Below, one piece after another: positions 48,844 through 59,027 of a stretch of DNA of 64,000 bases. This DNA comes from Gemmatimonadota bacterium (lineage in GTDB: Bacteria > Gemmatimonadota > Gemmatimonadetes > Palauibacterales > Palauibacteraceae). Position 1 is the first letter of the stretch, and the number at the start of each line of letters is the position of its first letter. The stretch is taken from contig JAJCZV010000235.1 of assembly GCA_029262175.1 (NCBI GenBank), positions 3,014-67,013 of the forward strand. The letters run 5' to 3'. The notes under the pieces were generated by a model. It searched no databases and was not told where the DNA came from. It saw only the letters and a list, made by a program, of their open reading frames with translations. The position numbers were made by a program, and so were the translations under genes.

Positions 48844-50295
48844 TTACGGGTTGAAGGGGCGTCGACGAACTTGATCCAGACAGGTCACGTCCGGGTGACG
48901 TCCTGGTTCGGCAAGAAAGGCCGCCTGAATCCTATTCACGCAATCGGAGTTCTCCAGACTCCCCCAACCATGATGACCGTGGGGTACCGTCACGTGGAGA
49001 GCATTGGGGAGCGTGCGCGCGGCGTCCTCACCCCAGTGAGGTGGGGTCACGGGATCATGGCTTCCGTTGATGATCAAGACGGGAGCCTCCGAAGCCACGG
49101 CGTCGTGAAAATCTGGATCGACCGAGCCCGCCGGCCAGCGGCGACACGCCTCGAAGTGTGAACGCGCCCGCGCGTCGCCCAGAAACGTACCGGCGGCTTG
49201 CTCGTATTCGCCTGGTTCGTTCGCGAACGGAATGTCCTCGGCGCAGGTCACCGATAGATACATCCCCGTCGCCGCCAAGAGGCCGATCGCGTGCGCTCGG
49301 GCTGCGCCGAACTGTCCGAACCCGTCGTAGTTTCCGTCGGTCGCCGCCAAATGGAGCAGGCGAGGGATGTCCCGGGTCGCGCCCGGATCGTACATCATCG
49401 CGCGAAGCGACTCAGCAAAGCCGGCCCGCGTCATGGTGGCATCGACCGGCGCATCCGTGCGAGGGTCTCTAATCGTGACTCCGACGGATTCCCAATCCGC
49501 TTCGACGACCGCGCGGTAGTCAGCTTGCACCGTCGGGAAAGCCGCTGCACAATCGGGCATCTCCGAACAATCTTTGAGGACGCCCCGCAACGCCGCTTCC
49601 GCGTCGAGCGCCATTCCATCGGGCATCACCTGACCCAAGGACATCGAGCCGTTGAGTACCGCAGAGCGAACGTGTGTTCCGTGACGCCGCAAGTAGACGA
49701 GCGATGCGCGCGTTCCGTAGGACGTTCCCCAGAGGTTGATCTGATCGTGACCGAGCGCTTGGCGGAGATCCTCCACGTCGTCGAGGGAGAATGGCGACGT
49801 GTACTTCGTGAGGTCGGCGTGTTTGGAGAGGTCTTCGACACAGTCGGCGATATGATCCGGATCGAAAATCTGCCCAAGATACACCTCGACCGGCGCATCT
49901 TCGTCGAAGAGGCATTTCAATCCGTTGGAACGACCCGTGCCCCGTTGGTCCATCATCACGATCGTTCGGTGCTCTCGGTGCTCCGATCCGATCCAACCGC
50001 CCGCGGTACCGGTGGCGGCCGACCCCGGCCCCCCCGTCAGAACGTAGATGGGATCAGGCTCCGGGTTCGGGCCCGTCGCGGGCAGGATCATGTAGAAGAG
50101 ATCCAGAGTGCGACCCGATCGCGCATCCCGATCTTCCCAAACGGTCAGCTTCCCGCAGACCGCATCACTTTCGCTCGTGGCGCCTTCGCATGAGGCGACG
50201 TTGGATCGCGGCACCGCCTGCGCGGCCAACGAGGTTGCCAAAAGGCACGAGGGTATCAAGAGGGCGAGGCATCGTGTGGCGGATGAGGATGGCAC
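48844..50295 (-). CDS. Secreted alpha/beta hydrolase (S33 prolyl aminopeptidase / TAP-like family)
   Basis: GTGSYGT... context GTSYGT is the nucleophile elbow. The proposed GTG/TTG start after a GGGAGAG RBS gives a signal peptide PSSSATRCLALLIPSCLLATSLAAQA. The ORF-track extension to 50526 is unlikely. Confidence 0.6.
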   Translation of the reverse strand: MPSSSATRCLALLIPSCLLATSLAAQAVPRSNVASCEGATSESDAVCGKLTVWEDRDARSGRTLDLFYMILPATGPNPEPDPIYVLTGGPGSAATGTAGGWIGSEHREHRTIVMMDQRGTGRSNGLKCLFDEDAPVEVYLGQIFDPDHIADCVEDLSKHADLTKYTSPFSLDDVEDLRQALGHDQINLWGTSYGTRASLVYLRRHGTHVRSAVLNGSMSLGQVMPDGMALDAEAALRGVLKDCSEMPDCAAAFPTVQADYRAVVEADWESVGVTIRDPRTDAPVDATMTRAGFAESLRAMMYDPGATRDIPRLLHLAATDGNYDGFGQFGAARAHAIGLLAATGMYLSVTCAEDIPFANEPGEYEQAAGTFLGDARARSHFEACRRWPAGSVDPDFHDAVASEAPVLIINGSHDPVTPPHWGEDAARTLPNALHVTVPHGHHGWGSLENSDCVNRIQAAFLAEPGRHPDVTCLDQVRRRPFNP

Positions 50296-50459
50296 CAAGA
50301 TCTCTCCCGTTTGAGTTGAGCTAGACTCTACGCTTCGGCCCCGCTCGAAGATTCCAGGCGTCGTGTTCCCAAGGTAATGGCCGTCGTCCGCCGCCGGCGC
50401 CATTCTTCGTCTTGGTCGACGTCGACAGATCTCCCGGTTCACTCGATCTAGGAGGCGGC

Positions 50460-50891
50460 ATGAGCACATCGGTTTCCCTCCGGGTGGGGCTGATGACCGC
50501 GATGCTGGCAGCTGCGTGCACCGCATCCTTTGGCGGCCTCGGCGGCCCGGACGCGGGGATCTCCGGCGCGATTGCCGAGCGGGACCCCGATCCGAGTGCC
50601 GAAGGTCAACGACAGCAGACCCTTAGAGACGAACTCCGGCGTTTGTTTCTTGCAGAGGAACGGTACTACGCCGACCAAGGCACCTACACGGATGAGATCT
50701 TTCATCTGATCGGCGACTCCGGTTCCGGGTTCAGGACCGATGGACGCGTCCGCTTTTCGATCCCGGAGGCCCATACGGAAGGCTTCTCGGCGATCGCCGG
50801 TCACGCCCCATTCGAATGCGCCCTTTTCGTGGGCGAAGCGAACCCACCTCGCGGGTATGTTTCCATCCCTGGAGTTATCGAGTGTCGCTAG
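50460..50891 (+). CDS. Lipoprotein, unknown function
   Basis: GGAGG RBS. Lipobox LAAAC in MSTSVSLRVGLMTAMLAAACTAS. Confidence 0.4.
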   Translation: MSTSVSLRVGLMTAMLAAACTASFGGLGGPDAGISGAIAERDPDPSAEGQRQQTLRDELRRLFLAEERYYADQGTYTDEIFHLIGDSGSGFRTDGRVRFSIPEAHTEGFSAIAGHAPFECALFVGEANPPRGYVSIPGVIECR

Positions 50892-50929
50892 ACGAAAAGT
50901 GACTCCGGGTGAACGCGCCCAACCTCGAT

Positions 50930-51682
50930 TCAGATATCGCACGCAGCCGACATGGAAGCGATCGTCGCTGGAGGACTCGCGTCAGTAAAGATGGAGTAGC
51001 GAAGCGCGCAACAAGCCTCTTCACAGACCCGATCGGGCGCCCACCGAACGAGGATGTGATCCACCGCTTGTCCCTCGAACCGAAATGCGTACTTCTCATC
51101 GATCGCCCACAGGGCTCGCGCGCCAGGTGACAGCGCTTCCCAGCTACTCCGGACGGTCTGCGGCAAGAATTCACGGTCCAGGCGCGCAGTTTGGGCCACT
51201 CGAACCGCTCGCGGGTTTTCAAAGACCACGACGAATCCCGCCGAGCCCAGGGAGGAGGGTTCGAGCGGAATGCCGACGACCGAGCCGTATGAAATGCGAT
51301 CGACAAGTTCGCCATTCCGAGCGAAGCTGAACCGCACCGCGCCTTTCAGGTGGTCCGCGCGTACCTCTTGAACACCATCATCGGAGATGTAATAGAAGTG
51401 CTGCTCCCGCAGCGACTCGGGTACGGGAGCTTCAAACACCAACTCCGCGTCGTCGAACATGTTCTGTTGTTCACGAAGCATCGTAAGAAATTCGGGCGTC
51501 GCATCGGAGAGTTCAAAGTTGGTCCACTCCTTCGGCGCCACAATGCCCCAATCGATGGGTTCCGCGGCGTCGAACTCGACTTCGCCGGCCACGAGAAGCG
51601 CGTTGGCGAACACGAGCTCTTGGCGTTCGTGCGCTTGGGCCGTCACGGCGATCAATAGTGCCGCAATGAGTATGGTCACCAA
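50930..51682 (-). CDS. Secreted protein, unknown function
   Basis: Signal peptide MVTILIAALLIAVTAQA. No recognisable domain. Confidence 0.4.
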   Translation of the reverse strand: MVTILIAALLIAVTAQAHERQELVFANALLVAGEVEFDAAEPIDWGIVAPKEWTNFELSDATPEFLTMLREQQNMFDDAELVFEAPVPESLREQHFYYISDDGVQEVRADHLKGAVRFSFARNGELVDRISYGSVVGIPLEPSSLGSAGFVVVFENPRAVRVAQTARLDREFLPQTVRSSWEALSPGARALWAIDEKYAFRFEGQAVDHILVRWAPDRVCEEACCALRYSIFTDASPPATIASMSAACDI

Positions 51683-51868
51683 CCGAATTCTCCCGTGCCT
51701 CTCGAGCGAGCCCTGTGGGGCGGGTTCACGAAGTTAGCACATACCCGAACAGGCGCCTTGTGTGCGCAGCCCACGCGGCACCCGTCCAGGGCGTGGCGAT
51801 CACGCCGATCGGCGCACAACTTCGAAGCGCCGTCCCACGAAACCATGGCCTTCTCTTGGAGATCGCAT

Positions 51869-54800
51869 ATGTATCGGCTGCTCAGGATCGTCGCCCTCGG
51901 CGTTCTCGCCACCACAAGCTCGCTGGATGCCCAGGCCACTCGGCTACTGAGACAGCCGAGCGCGAGCGCGAGCCACGTCGCCTTCACGTACGGCGGCGAC
52001 CTGTGGACGGCGCCGATTTCGGGCGGGCGGGCACTCCGCATCACGAGCACGGCGGCGGTCGAATCGGGGCCGTACTTCTCGCCTGACGGCGAATCGATCG
52101 CGTTCACTTCAAACCGATCGGGAGTGGATGCGGTCTATGTGGTATCGGCCGATGGGGGCACACCGCGACGTTTGACCTGGTATCCGGCCGATTCGTTTGC
52201 GCGCGGATGGTCACCGGACGGATCGCAGGTGCTCTACGCCTCCACGCGCGAGACGGCACCCACGGGTTACGAGCGACTCTGGACGGTCTCCTCCGACGGT
52301 GGGCCGAGCACCCTGCTTCCCGCTCCGTGGGCGCACTCGGGCTCGTTCTCGCCCGACGGCCGCCAATTGGTCCTGGATCGCATGTCGCGCTGGGATGTCG
52401 AGTGGCGCGACTACCGTGGCGGACAAAACACGCCCTTGGTGATTCTCGACCTCGCATCGCTCGAGGAGACGCGCCTGCCGAACGAGCGCACCACCGACAC
52501 ACAGCCGGTGTGGCTCGGGGGTCGAATCTTCTTCGTCTCCGACCGCGACTGGGCATACAACGTTTGGTCGTTTGACCCATCCTCGGGCGCCACCGCACAG
52601 CTGACGGAATTCGAGGGAATGGAAGTCAAGCATCTCTCCGGTAACGGGCAGATGCTGGTGTTCGAGCAGGGCGGTTGGATCCATACGCTCGACCCCGCGA
52701 CGGGCACGAGCCGACAGCTCGATATCGAGGTTGTGGGAGATTTTCCGTGGGCCGAAACGCGTTGGGAGGATGTCAGCAATCGAGCCACGAGCGCGTCGCT
52801 TTCGGCGACCGGTCAACGAGCCCTGTTCGAGGCCCGCGGCGAGATCTTCACCGTACCCGTCGAGCACGGCGACGCCCGTAACCTGTCGCAATCTTCCGCT
52901 GCTCACGACAAGTCCCCCATCTGGTCGCCCGATGGCAGCCAGGTCGCCTGGTTCCGCGATGCGGGAGATGGCTACTCGCTCGTCGTCTCACCTCAGGAGG
53001 GCATGGGCGAGCTCCGCACCATCTCTCTCGGCGAGTCGAAGCTCGGCTGGGAGGCCACCTGGTCGCCCGATGGTGCGCGCATCGCGTTCGTGGATGATGA
53101 CGTTCGCGTGCGCGTGATGGACGTCGAGTCTGGAGAGATCCTGACCGCTGACGCAGGGGGGACCAATCTCGAGCGGGGCGGGATGGGGCTCTCCTGGTCG
53201 CCCGATTCGAAATGGCTCGCCTATTCGAAGTCCTTCGCCAACGGGTTCCGTCGGATCGTGGCGTGGAATGTCGATACGAACCGCGCCACACCGCTGACCG
53301 ATGTGATGGCGGATGCGGGCGAGCCCGCGTGGGATCGCGATGGGCGACACCTCTACTTCGTGGCCAGCACCGACCTCGCACTCGGGTCGGGTTGGGCCAA
53401 CACCAGTTCGATTCGATCGAGCCCCACCTATGCCGCGTATGTGATGGTGCTACGGGACGATGATCCGACCCCCTTCCCCCTCCGCAGCGATGAGGAACCG
53501 GCGGAGACGAACGAAGAGGGGGAGTCAGAAGCGGGCGACGACGATAGTGGTGGTGGAGACGCCGCTGGCGACGACGCCGAGTCGGAAGACGGAGACGCCG
53601 TCGAGGTGAGGATCGACCTAGACGGAATCGATCGACGCGTGATCGCGCTTCCGCTGCCGGTTCGCCGGTACGTGTCGGTGACCGCCGGCCCCACCGGCTC
53701 GGTGTTCATCGGTGAGGCTGTTCCGAATCAGCCTGGTTTGACGCTTCACAAGTTCGAACTGGAAGAGCGCGAGGCATCGGAGTTCGCGAGCCGAGCGGCT
53801 TCCGTTTCGGTATCGGCCGATGGTAAGAAACTGCTGTATCGCTCGGGCCAATCCTGGCACGTCGTCGACACGGCGCGACCACCTGAGTCCGGCTCCGGCA
53901 CCCTCGAAGTCAACTTACGCATGCAACTCGATCGGACGGCCGAGTGGGGCCAGATGTTCGACGAGGCTTGGCGCTACGAGCAGGAGTATTTCTACGATCC
54001 GGGCATGCATGGCAACGATTGGGAGGCGGTCCGGAATCGCTATCGTCCGCTCGTGTCATCCGTCCGGCACCGTAGCGACTTGAGCTATCTGATGGACCAG
54101 ATGAACGGGGAGCTCTCGGTGGGGCATTCGTTCGTCTTTGGCGGCGACTTCCCGGCGGTCGACACGGTTCGCGTCGGGCTGCTCGGGGCAGATTTTGTCG
54201 CGAATCAAGGCCGATGGCAGATCCGACGCATATACACGTTCGAGAGCTGGAACCCGGGTTTGTCGGCCCCTCTGGATCAGCCTGGAGTGCGCGCCGAACA
54301 GGGCCACTATCTGGTGGGCGTGAACGGTCGCGAACTGACCGACGCCTCCGACCCCTATCAATTTCTCGATGGGACCGGTGGCGTCCAAACGGTGCTCCAC
54401 CTAAACGATCGTCCCTCGATGGAGGGTCACTGGACGGTCACCGTCGAACCCATCGGGTCGGAGTCTCAGCTTCGTCAACGTGCATGGGTAGAGGACAACC
54501 GGCGGCGGGTCGACGAACTGTCCGGCGGCCGCCTCGCGTACGGGTGGATCCCCAACACCGGCGGATCGGGTGTGGTCTCGTTCGATCGCTATTACTTCGC
54601 GCAGCAAGATCGCGAAGGCGCGGTGATCGATGAGCGGTTCAATGGTGGAGGCAACCTCGATGACTACATGGTGGACTACATGACGCGCGACCTGCGTGCC
54701 GCCATCACGAATGAGGTGCCGAACGGTCGACCGCTGAGAATTCCCCAAGGCGTTCATGGCCCCAAGGCGCTCCTCATCAATGAACTCGCCGGTTCGGGCG

Positions 54801-55156
54801 GCGACTACTTTCCGTGGGCGTTTCGCCAACAACAGGTTGGCCCGCTCATCGGCGCGCGAACCTGGGGCGGCCTCGTGAAGTCATCTGTTCACTACTCGCT
54901 GATCGACGGCGGCGCTTTGACCGCGCCGGATAACGCGGTGTTCGACCCGGCGAACAACGTTTGGGTCGCCGAGAACGAAGGGGTGCCACCGGACATCGAA
55001 GTGTTGCTCGATGCGCGTTCGGCCGCCGAGGGACGAGACCCGCAACTCGAGCGAGCGGTTGAAGAGCTGCTGAGGATGCTCGAAGCCGCCCCCGCACAAA
55101 CCGTCACCCCGCCGCCATTCTCGCGACCATCTCGGCGGCGGTCGGGCGGCAGATAG
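51869..55156 (+). CDS. Tricorn protease homolog (S41 family; TolB-like beta-propellers + PDZ + C-terminal peptidase)
   Basis: Signal peptide MYRLLRIVALGVLATTSSLDAQA. Repeated WSPDG/FSPDG propeller blades. The C-terminal S41 domain has ELAGSGGDYF and TWGG contexts. An internal acidic low-complexity insert is present. Confidence 0.75.
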   Translation: MYRLLRIVALGVLATTSSLDAQATRLLRQPSASASHVAFTYGGDLWTAPISGGRALRITSTAAVESGPYFSPDGESIAFTSNRSGVDAVYVVSADGGTPRRLTWYPADSFARGWSPDGSQVLYASTRETAPTGYERLWTVSSDGGPSTLLPAPWAHSGSFSPDGRQLVLDRMSRWDVEWRDYRGGQNTPLVILDLASLEETRLPNERTTDTQPVWLGGRIFFVSDRDWAYNVWSFDPSSGATAQLTEFEGMEVKHLSGNGQMLVFEQGGWIHTLDPATGTSRQLDIEVVGDFPWAETRWEDVSNRATSASLSATGQRALFEARGEIFTVPVEHGDARNLSQSSAAHDKSPIWSPDGSQVAWFRDAGDGYSLVVSPQEGMGELRTISLGESKLGWEATWSPDGARIAFVDDDVRVRVMDVESGEILTADAGGTNLERGGMGLSWSPDSKWLAYSKSFANGFRRIVAWNVDTNRATPLTDVMADAGEPAWDRDGRHLYFVASTDLALGSGWANTSSIRSSPTYAAYVMVLRDDDPTPFPLRSDEEPAETNEEGESEAGDDDSGGGDAAGDDAESEDGDAVEVRIDLDGIDRRVIALPLPVRRYVSVTAGPTGSVFIGEAVPNQPGLTLHKFELEEREASEFASRAASVSVSADGKKLLYRSGQSWHVVDTARPPESGSGTLEVNLRMQLDRTAEWGQMFDEAWRYEQEYFYDPGMHGNDWEAVRNRYRPLVSSVRHRSDLSYLMDQMNGELSVGHSFVFGGDFPAVDTVRVGLLGADFVANQGRWQIRRIYTFESWNPGLSAPLDQPGVRAEQGHYLVGVNGRELTDASDPYQFLDGTGGVQTVLHLNDRPSMEGHWTVTVEPIGSESQLRQRAWVEDNRRRVDELSGGRLAYGWIPNTGGSGVVSFDRYYFAQQDREGAVIDERFNGGGNLDDYMVDYMTRDLRAAITNEVPNGRPLRIPQGVHGPKALLINELAGSGGDYFPWAFRQQQVGPLIGARTWGGLVKSSVHYSLIDGGALTAPDNAVFDPANNVWVAENEGVPPDIEVLLDARSAAEGRDPQLERAVEELLRMLEAAPAQTVTPPPFSRPSRRRSGGR

Positions 55157-55164
55157 GTGGTCGT

Positions 55165-56793
55165 TTGAAGACTCTCAGGGATCTGCGAAACTACCTTCGG
55201 TTCTTGGCGGGGTTGCCGCGGTTTCTACACCGAAGCATGACGATCGAGGAGGCCCGCGAGGTGCTCCATCGACGCATGGCCGAGCGCGAGAAGACGTTTT
55301 TGTCGACGCTCGAACAGTGTGTGCTGAACAATCGACATAGCCCCTACCCTGCCCTGTTCGAACATGCGGGCTGCGAGCTCGGCGACGTGGTCGAGGGGGT
55401 CGGCCAAGACGGCATCGAGCACACGCTGGAGACGCTTCGAGACGCCGGCGTCTACGTCACCTTCGAGGAGTTCAAAGGCCGGGCCCCCATCATCCGTTCC
55501 GGGCGGGAGATACCGGTCACGGCCGAATCGTTCGACAACCGTTCACTGAGTCGCTACTACCAGATGTCGACGGGCGGGTCCACGGGCGCGGGACGCGCGG
55601 TCGCCGTCGATCTGGATCACATGTGGGCGAGGGTCCCAGACCACATCGTCGCGGACACGATCCAGGGCTTCTACGGGAACCCGCAGGCGATTTGGTTCGA
55701 CGGGCTCCCGGGAAACGGTCTGAACTCCATGCTCATGCGGATCCCTTCGGGGACCGCGGCCGAGCGATGGTTTTCGCCCACCATGGGTCGCGACTCGCGA
55801 CCGGCACTCAAGTTTCAACTGGCCCAGGCGGGAATCCTCGCTGTGGCGCGACTCTCCTCGAAGGCTCCAGCGCCAGAGCCGGTGCGGCTGGATGAGGCGG
55901 AGATCATTGCCCGATGGGCCGCCGACGCCCTTGAACGCGCCGGGGCGTGTGGGATCCGAACCATGATGAGTCGGGCGCTTCGGATTTGTTTGGCGGCTCA
56001 AGAGCTCGGAATCGATCTCACCGGGGTCACGCTCTCCGGCGGCGGAGAACCGCCGACCGACGCAAAGGTCGCCGCAGTAAGAAAGACCGGCGCGCGCTTG
56101 ATGTCGAACTACAATTTCCAGGAGGCCGGACCGATCGGCCACATGTGCATGAACGGGGTGGAGACCAACGATCAGCACCTCATGCAGCATCACCTGGCGA
56201 TGATCACGCGCCCTCGGATGGTCCCGGGCTTTGATCGAGAGGTCGATGCCCTTTGCTACACGACGCTCCTACCCAGCGCGCGCAAGCTGATGTTCAACGT
56301 CGAAACCGATGACTACGGCCTGGTCGAAACCCGGGATTGCGGGTGTCCCTGGGAGGAGTTCGGCTTCACGACCCATATTCGTGGCATCCGAAGTTTTCAG
56401 AAGCTGACCGGCGAAGGCGTCACGCTGGTCGGAAACGAGATGGTGCATATACTCGAGGACGTGTTACCGACTCGGTTCGGAGGGACGCCGCTCGACTATC
56501 AACTCCACGAGGAAGAAGACGAGCGTGGCTTCACACGGCTTACGGTCGTGGTGAGCCCCAGGGTCGGCGAACTCGATGAGAGCGCGGTCGTAGAGACCGT
56601 TCTCGCCAGCCTGGGGGAAGCCAGCCACGCGGGTGACATCTCTCGCGCGATCTGGGGGCAAGCCGGGTCGCTGCGAGTTCGCAGAGCGGAGCCGACCTGG
56701 ACCACGCGCGGCAAATTGATGCCGCTCCACCTCGAACGGCGGACGCGACCTTCTCGTCCTTCAAGCGAGACTTCCCGAAGCACCTCGAATTGA
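55165..56793 (+). CDS. PaaK / coenzyme-F390-synthetase-like adenylate-forming enzyme (ANL superfamily)
   Basis: ~540 aa with the P-loop-like YYQMSTGGSTGAGRAV (the [ST]xGxTG motif of adenylating enzymes). The start is 9 bp after the tricorn stop. The family assignment is by motif only. Confidence 0.5.
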   Translation: MKTLRDLRNYLRFLAGLPRFLHRSMTIEEAREVLHRRMAEREKTFLSTLEQCVLNNRHSPYPALFEHAGCELGDVVEGVGQDGIEHTLETLRDAGVYVTFEEFKGRAPIIRSGREIPVTAESFDNRSLSRYYQMSTGGSTGAGRAVAVDLDHMWARVPDHIVADTIQGFYGNPQAIWFDGLPGNGLNSMLMRIPSGTAAERWFSPTMGRDSRPALKFQLAQAGILAVARLSSKAPAPEPVRLDEAEIIARWAADALERAGACGIRTMMSRALRICLAAQELGIDLTGVTLSGGGEPPTDAKVAAVRKTGARLMSNYNFQEAGPIGHMCMNGVETNDQHLMQHHLAMITRPRMVPGFDREVDALCYTTLLPSARKLMFNVETDDYGLVETRDCGCPWEEFGFTTHIRGIRSFQKLTGEGVTLVGNEMVHILEDVLPTRFGGTPLDYQLHEEEDERGFTRLTVVVSPRVGELDESAVVETVLASLGEASHAGDISRAIWGQAGSLRVRRAEPTWTTRGKLMPLHLERRTRPSRPSSETSRSTSN

Positions 56794-56806
56794 TGCTCGA
56801 CCAGCA

Positions 56807-57814
56807 GTGCGCCTCCACCCGGATCGCGGCGCCTTGAAGCCGGCGGTCGCGCTCGCCGTTCTGTCCGTGACCTTTGCCGCGTGCGGCCATCGCGATCTTG
56901 AGCAGGACAGACCTCGAATCCGGATCGGGTACACGCGGTACCTGACCATGGCACCCATGTTCGTTGCGGACGCGGCGGGCTTTTTCGAAGAACAAGGCCT
57001 CGACGTCGAGCTCGTTCCCATGCGTAGCGCCGCGACATCGATCCCGGCGCTGACACAAGGCCAGCTCGACGTGGTTCCCGGCCCGATGAGCCCATCATTC
57101 TTTAACGCGATCTACCGCGGCGCGGGAATCCGTCTTGTAGGCGACAAGGGGTCCTACTCGGTCGACAGCTGCTCTCCCACAGCTTTCGTGGTGTCACCCG
57201 CTCTCGGAGCTCAGACCGAGAAAGTGCTCCCGAAACGGGCGAGTTGGGGTCGAGAGCCCTTCTCCGAGTTCAGGGTCGAGCGCGTACTCGCGCACTTCGG
57301 GTTCGACATCGCCGATGTGGAGCCGCACCACGTCCCGCTGGCCACGAGATACGAGGCGGTGGTGGCCGGACGTCTCGATGGCGCGCACTTGAGCGAGCCC
57401 TTCCTGGGTCGGTTCCGCAGCGAAGGCGGACACGTCTGGATCGATCTCAACGAGGTCGTTCCCGGACATCAGTTTTCGGTCTTCGCGTTTGGACCGCGAC
57501 TTCTGGAAGAGGATCGTGAACTCGGACGTCGCGTCGCGATCGCACTTCTAAAAGGCCTGCGTCGCTTCAATCTCGGCAAGACGCCCGAAAACGTAGAGAT
57601 CCTATCCGAAGCACTCGGGTGGGAACGCGAGCTACTCGAGGGTGCGTGTTGGCCAACGATGCGCGACGATGGACGCATCAACTTCGAGAGCATCGACGAG
57701 TTTCAGCGTTGGTCGCTGGAGAAGGGGGATCTCGACGCGCTGCTACAGCCCGCCGAGTACGCGGATTCGACGTTTATGGCTCACGCGAGACGAACGCTGG
57801 ACGGTGCACCTTGA
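56807..57814 (+). CDS. ABC transporter substrate-binding lipoprotein, NitT/TauT (SsuA/NMT1-like) family, copy 1
   Basis: RIGYTRYLTMAPMFVADAAGFFEEQGLDVELVP... is typical of NMT1/SsuA binding proteins. An in-frame TTG at 56834 gives the classic lipoprotein signal MKPAVALAVLSVTFAAC. Confidence 0.7.
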   Translation: MRLHPDRGALKPAVALAVLSVTFAACGHRDLEQDRPRIRIGYTRYLTMAPMFVADAAGFFEEQGLDVELVPMRSAATSIPALTQGQLDVVPGPMSPSFFNAIYRGAGIRLVGDKGSYSVDSCSPTAFVVSPALGAQTEKVLPKRASWGREPFSEFRVERVLAHFGFDIADVEPHHVPLATRYEAVVAGRLDGAHLSEPFLGRFRSEGGHVWIDLNEVVPGHQFSVFAFGPRLLEEDRELGRRVAIALLKGLRRFNLGKTPENVEILSEALGWERELLEGACWPTMRDDGRINFESIDEFQRWSLEKGDLDALLQPAEYADSTFMAHARRTLDGAP

Positions 57815-58791
57815 TCAGGACGACCGTCGTACTGGGGATCGCGGCTTTGATCGGGGCATGTGGAGGTCCGTCAGGAGAGGGAGACAGACCCCAACTCCGT
57901 GTCGGTTTTACCCGGCACCTCACGATGGCGGCGGTGTTCATCACGCACGCGCAGGGGTACTTCGAGGAGCAGGGCCTCGATGTCGAGCTCGTGCCGCTGC
58001 ACGCCACGGCGACCTCGATCCCCGCCTTGGCGCGGGGTCAGCTCGATGTCCTGCCGGGCCCGATGAGCCCGTCGCTGTTCAACGCGATACACCGCGGCGC
58101 TCCGATCCGTATCGTCAGTGACAAGGGCTCGTTCACCAAAGACGGCTGCTCCCACAACGCGTTCATCGTTTCACCTGAAGTCGCGCGCGCCGAAGGCAAG
58201 ATTGCCCTGAAACGAGCGAGTTGGGGTCGCGAGCCTTTCATGCAATTCGCGGCCGAGCGTGCGGTGGAGTACCTGGGGTACGATCTGGACGAGATCGATC
58301 TCACGTTTGTCCCGAACGCCGCGCGGTATGACGCGGTCGTAAGCGGACGGCTGGACGGGGGGCTAATCGGTGAACCGCGGCTCACGCACTTCCGCCGTCA
58401 GGGCGGTGCCGTGTGGGCCGAGACCAATGAAGTACTTCCAGGGCACCAGATCTCGGTCTATGCGTTTGGACCCCGCCTGCTCGAGGAAGACCCGGAGCTA
58501 GGCCGACGCGTATCCATCGCGCTACTGAAGGGAGTCCGACAGTACAACCGAGGAAAAACACCGGAGAATCTGCGGATTCTCGCCGAGGCGTTAGACTGGG
58601 ATCTCGCGCTGCTCCAGGACGTCTGTTGGCCCCCGATGCGAGACGACGGCCTCATCAACGCCGAGAGCATCCGCGAGTTCCAAGAGTGGGCGCTCGAGCG
58701 CGGGGACCTCGACGCGGTCCTCCCCGCGGAGCGCTACTGGGCTCCCTCTTTCGCCGAGCATGCCCGCTCGGTCTTGGACGCGGGCAGGTGA
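57811..58791 (+). CDS. ABC transporter substrate-binding lipoprotein, NitT/TauT family, copy 2 (paralog of copy 1)
   Basis: TTG start overlapping the copy-1 stop (TTGA). Lipoprotein signal MIRTTVVLGIAALIGAC. About 60 % identity to copy 1 over the full length. Confidence 0.7.
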   Translation: MIRTTVVLGIAALIGACGGPSGEGDRPQLRVGFTRHLTMAAVFITHAQGYFEEQGLDVELVPLHATATSIPALARGQLDVLPGPMSPSLFNAIHRGAPIRIVSDKGSFTKDGCSHNAFIVSPEVARAEGKIALKRASWGREPFMQFAAERAVEYLGYDLDEIDLTFVPNAARYDAVVSGRLDGGLIGEPRLTHFRRQGGAVWAETNEVLPGHQISVYAFGPRLLEEDPELGRRVSIALLKGVRQYNRGKTPENLRILAEALDWDLALLQDVCWPPMRDDGLINAESIREFQEWALERGDLDAVLPAERYWAPSFAEHARSVLDAGR

Positions 58792-59027
58792 CCGAAGCGG
58801 GCCGTGAGGTTCGTCGAGCGAGCGTCTTGCGGGTCCCGGGGGTCGCCTGCGCGACCGTGTGCTGGCCGCCGATGCGGAGTGACGGACAGATCAACAGCGC
58901 GAGCATCCTCGAGTTTCAGGAGTGGTCATTCGATCGCGGGCTCCTCGACGCGATCGTCCCGGTGCAGGACTATTGGGCCCCCATCTTCATGGAACACGCT
59001 CGACGCGTCGTCGGGTCGGCACGATGA
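58788..59027 (+). pseudogene. Third substrate-binding-protein copy reduced to its last ~58 codons (remnant), still in-frame and coupled to both neighbours
   Basis: ...CATVCWPPMRSDGQINSASILEFQEWSFDRGLLDAIVPVQDYWAPIFMEHARRVVGSAR aligns with the C-termini of copies 1 and 2. A GTG at 58788 overlaps the upstream stop (GTGA), and the stop overlaps the ATPase start (ATGA). Confidence 0.5.
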
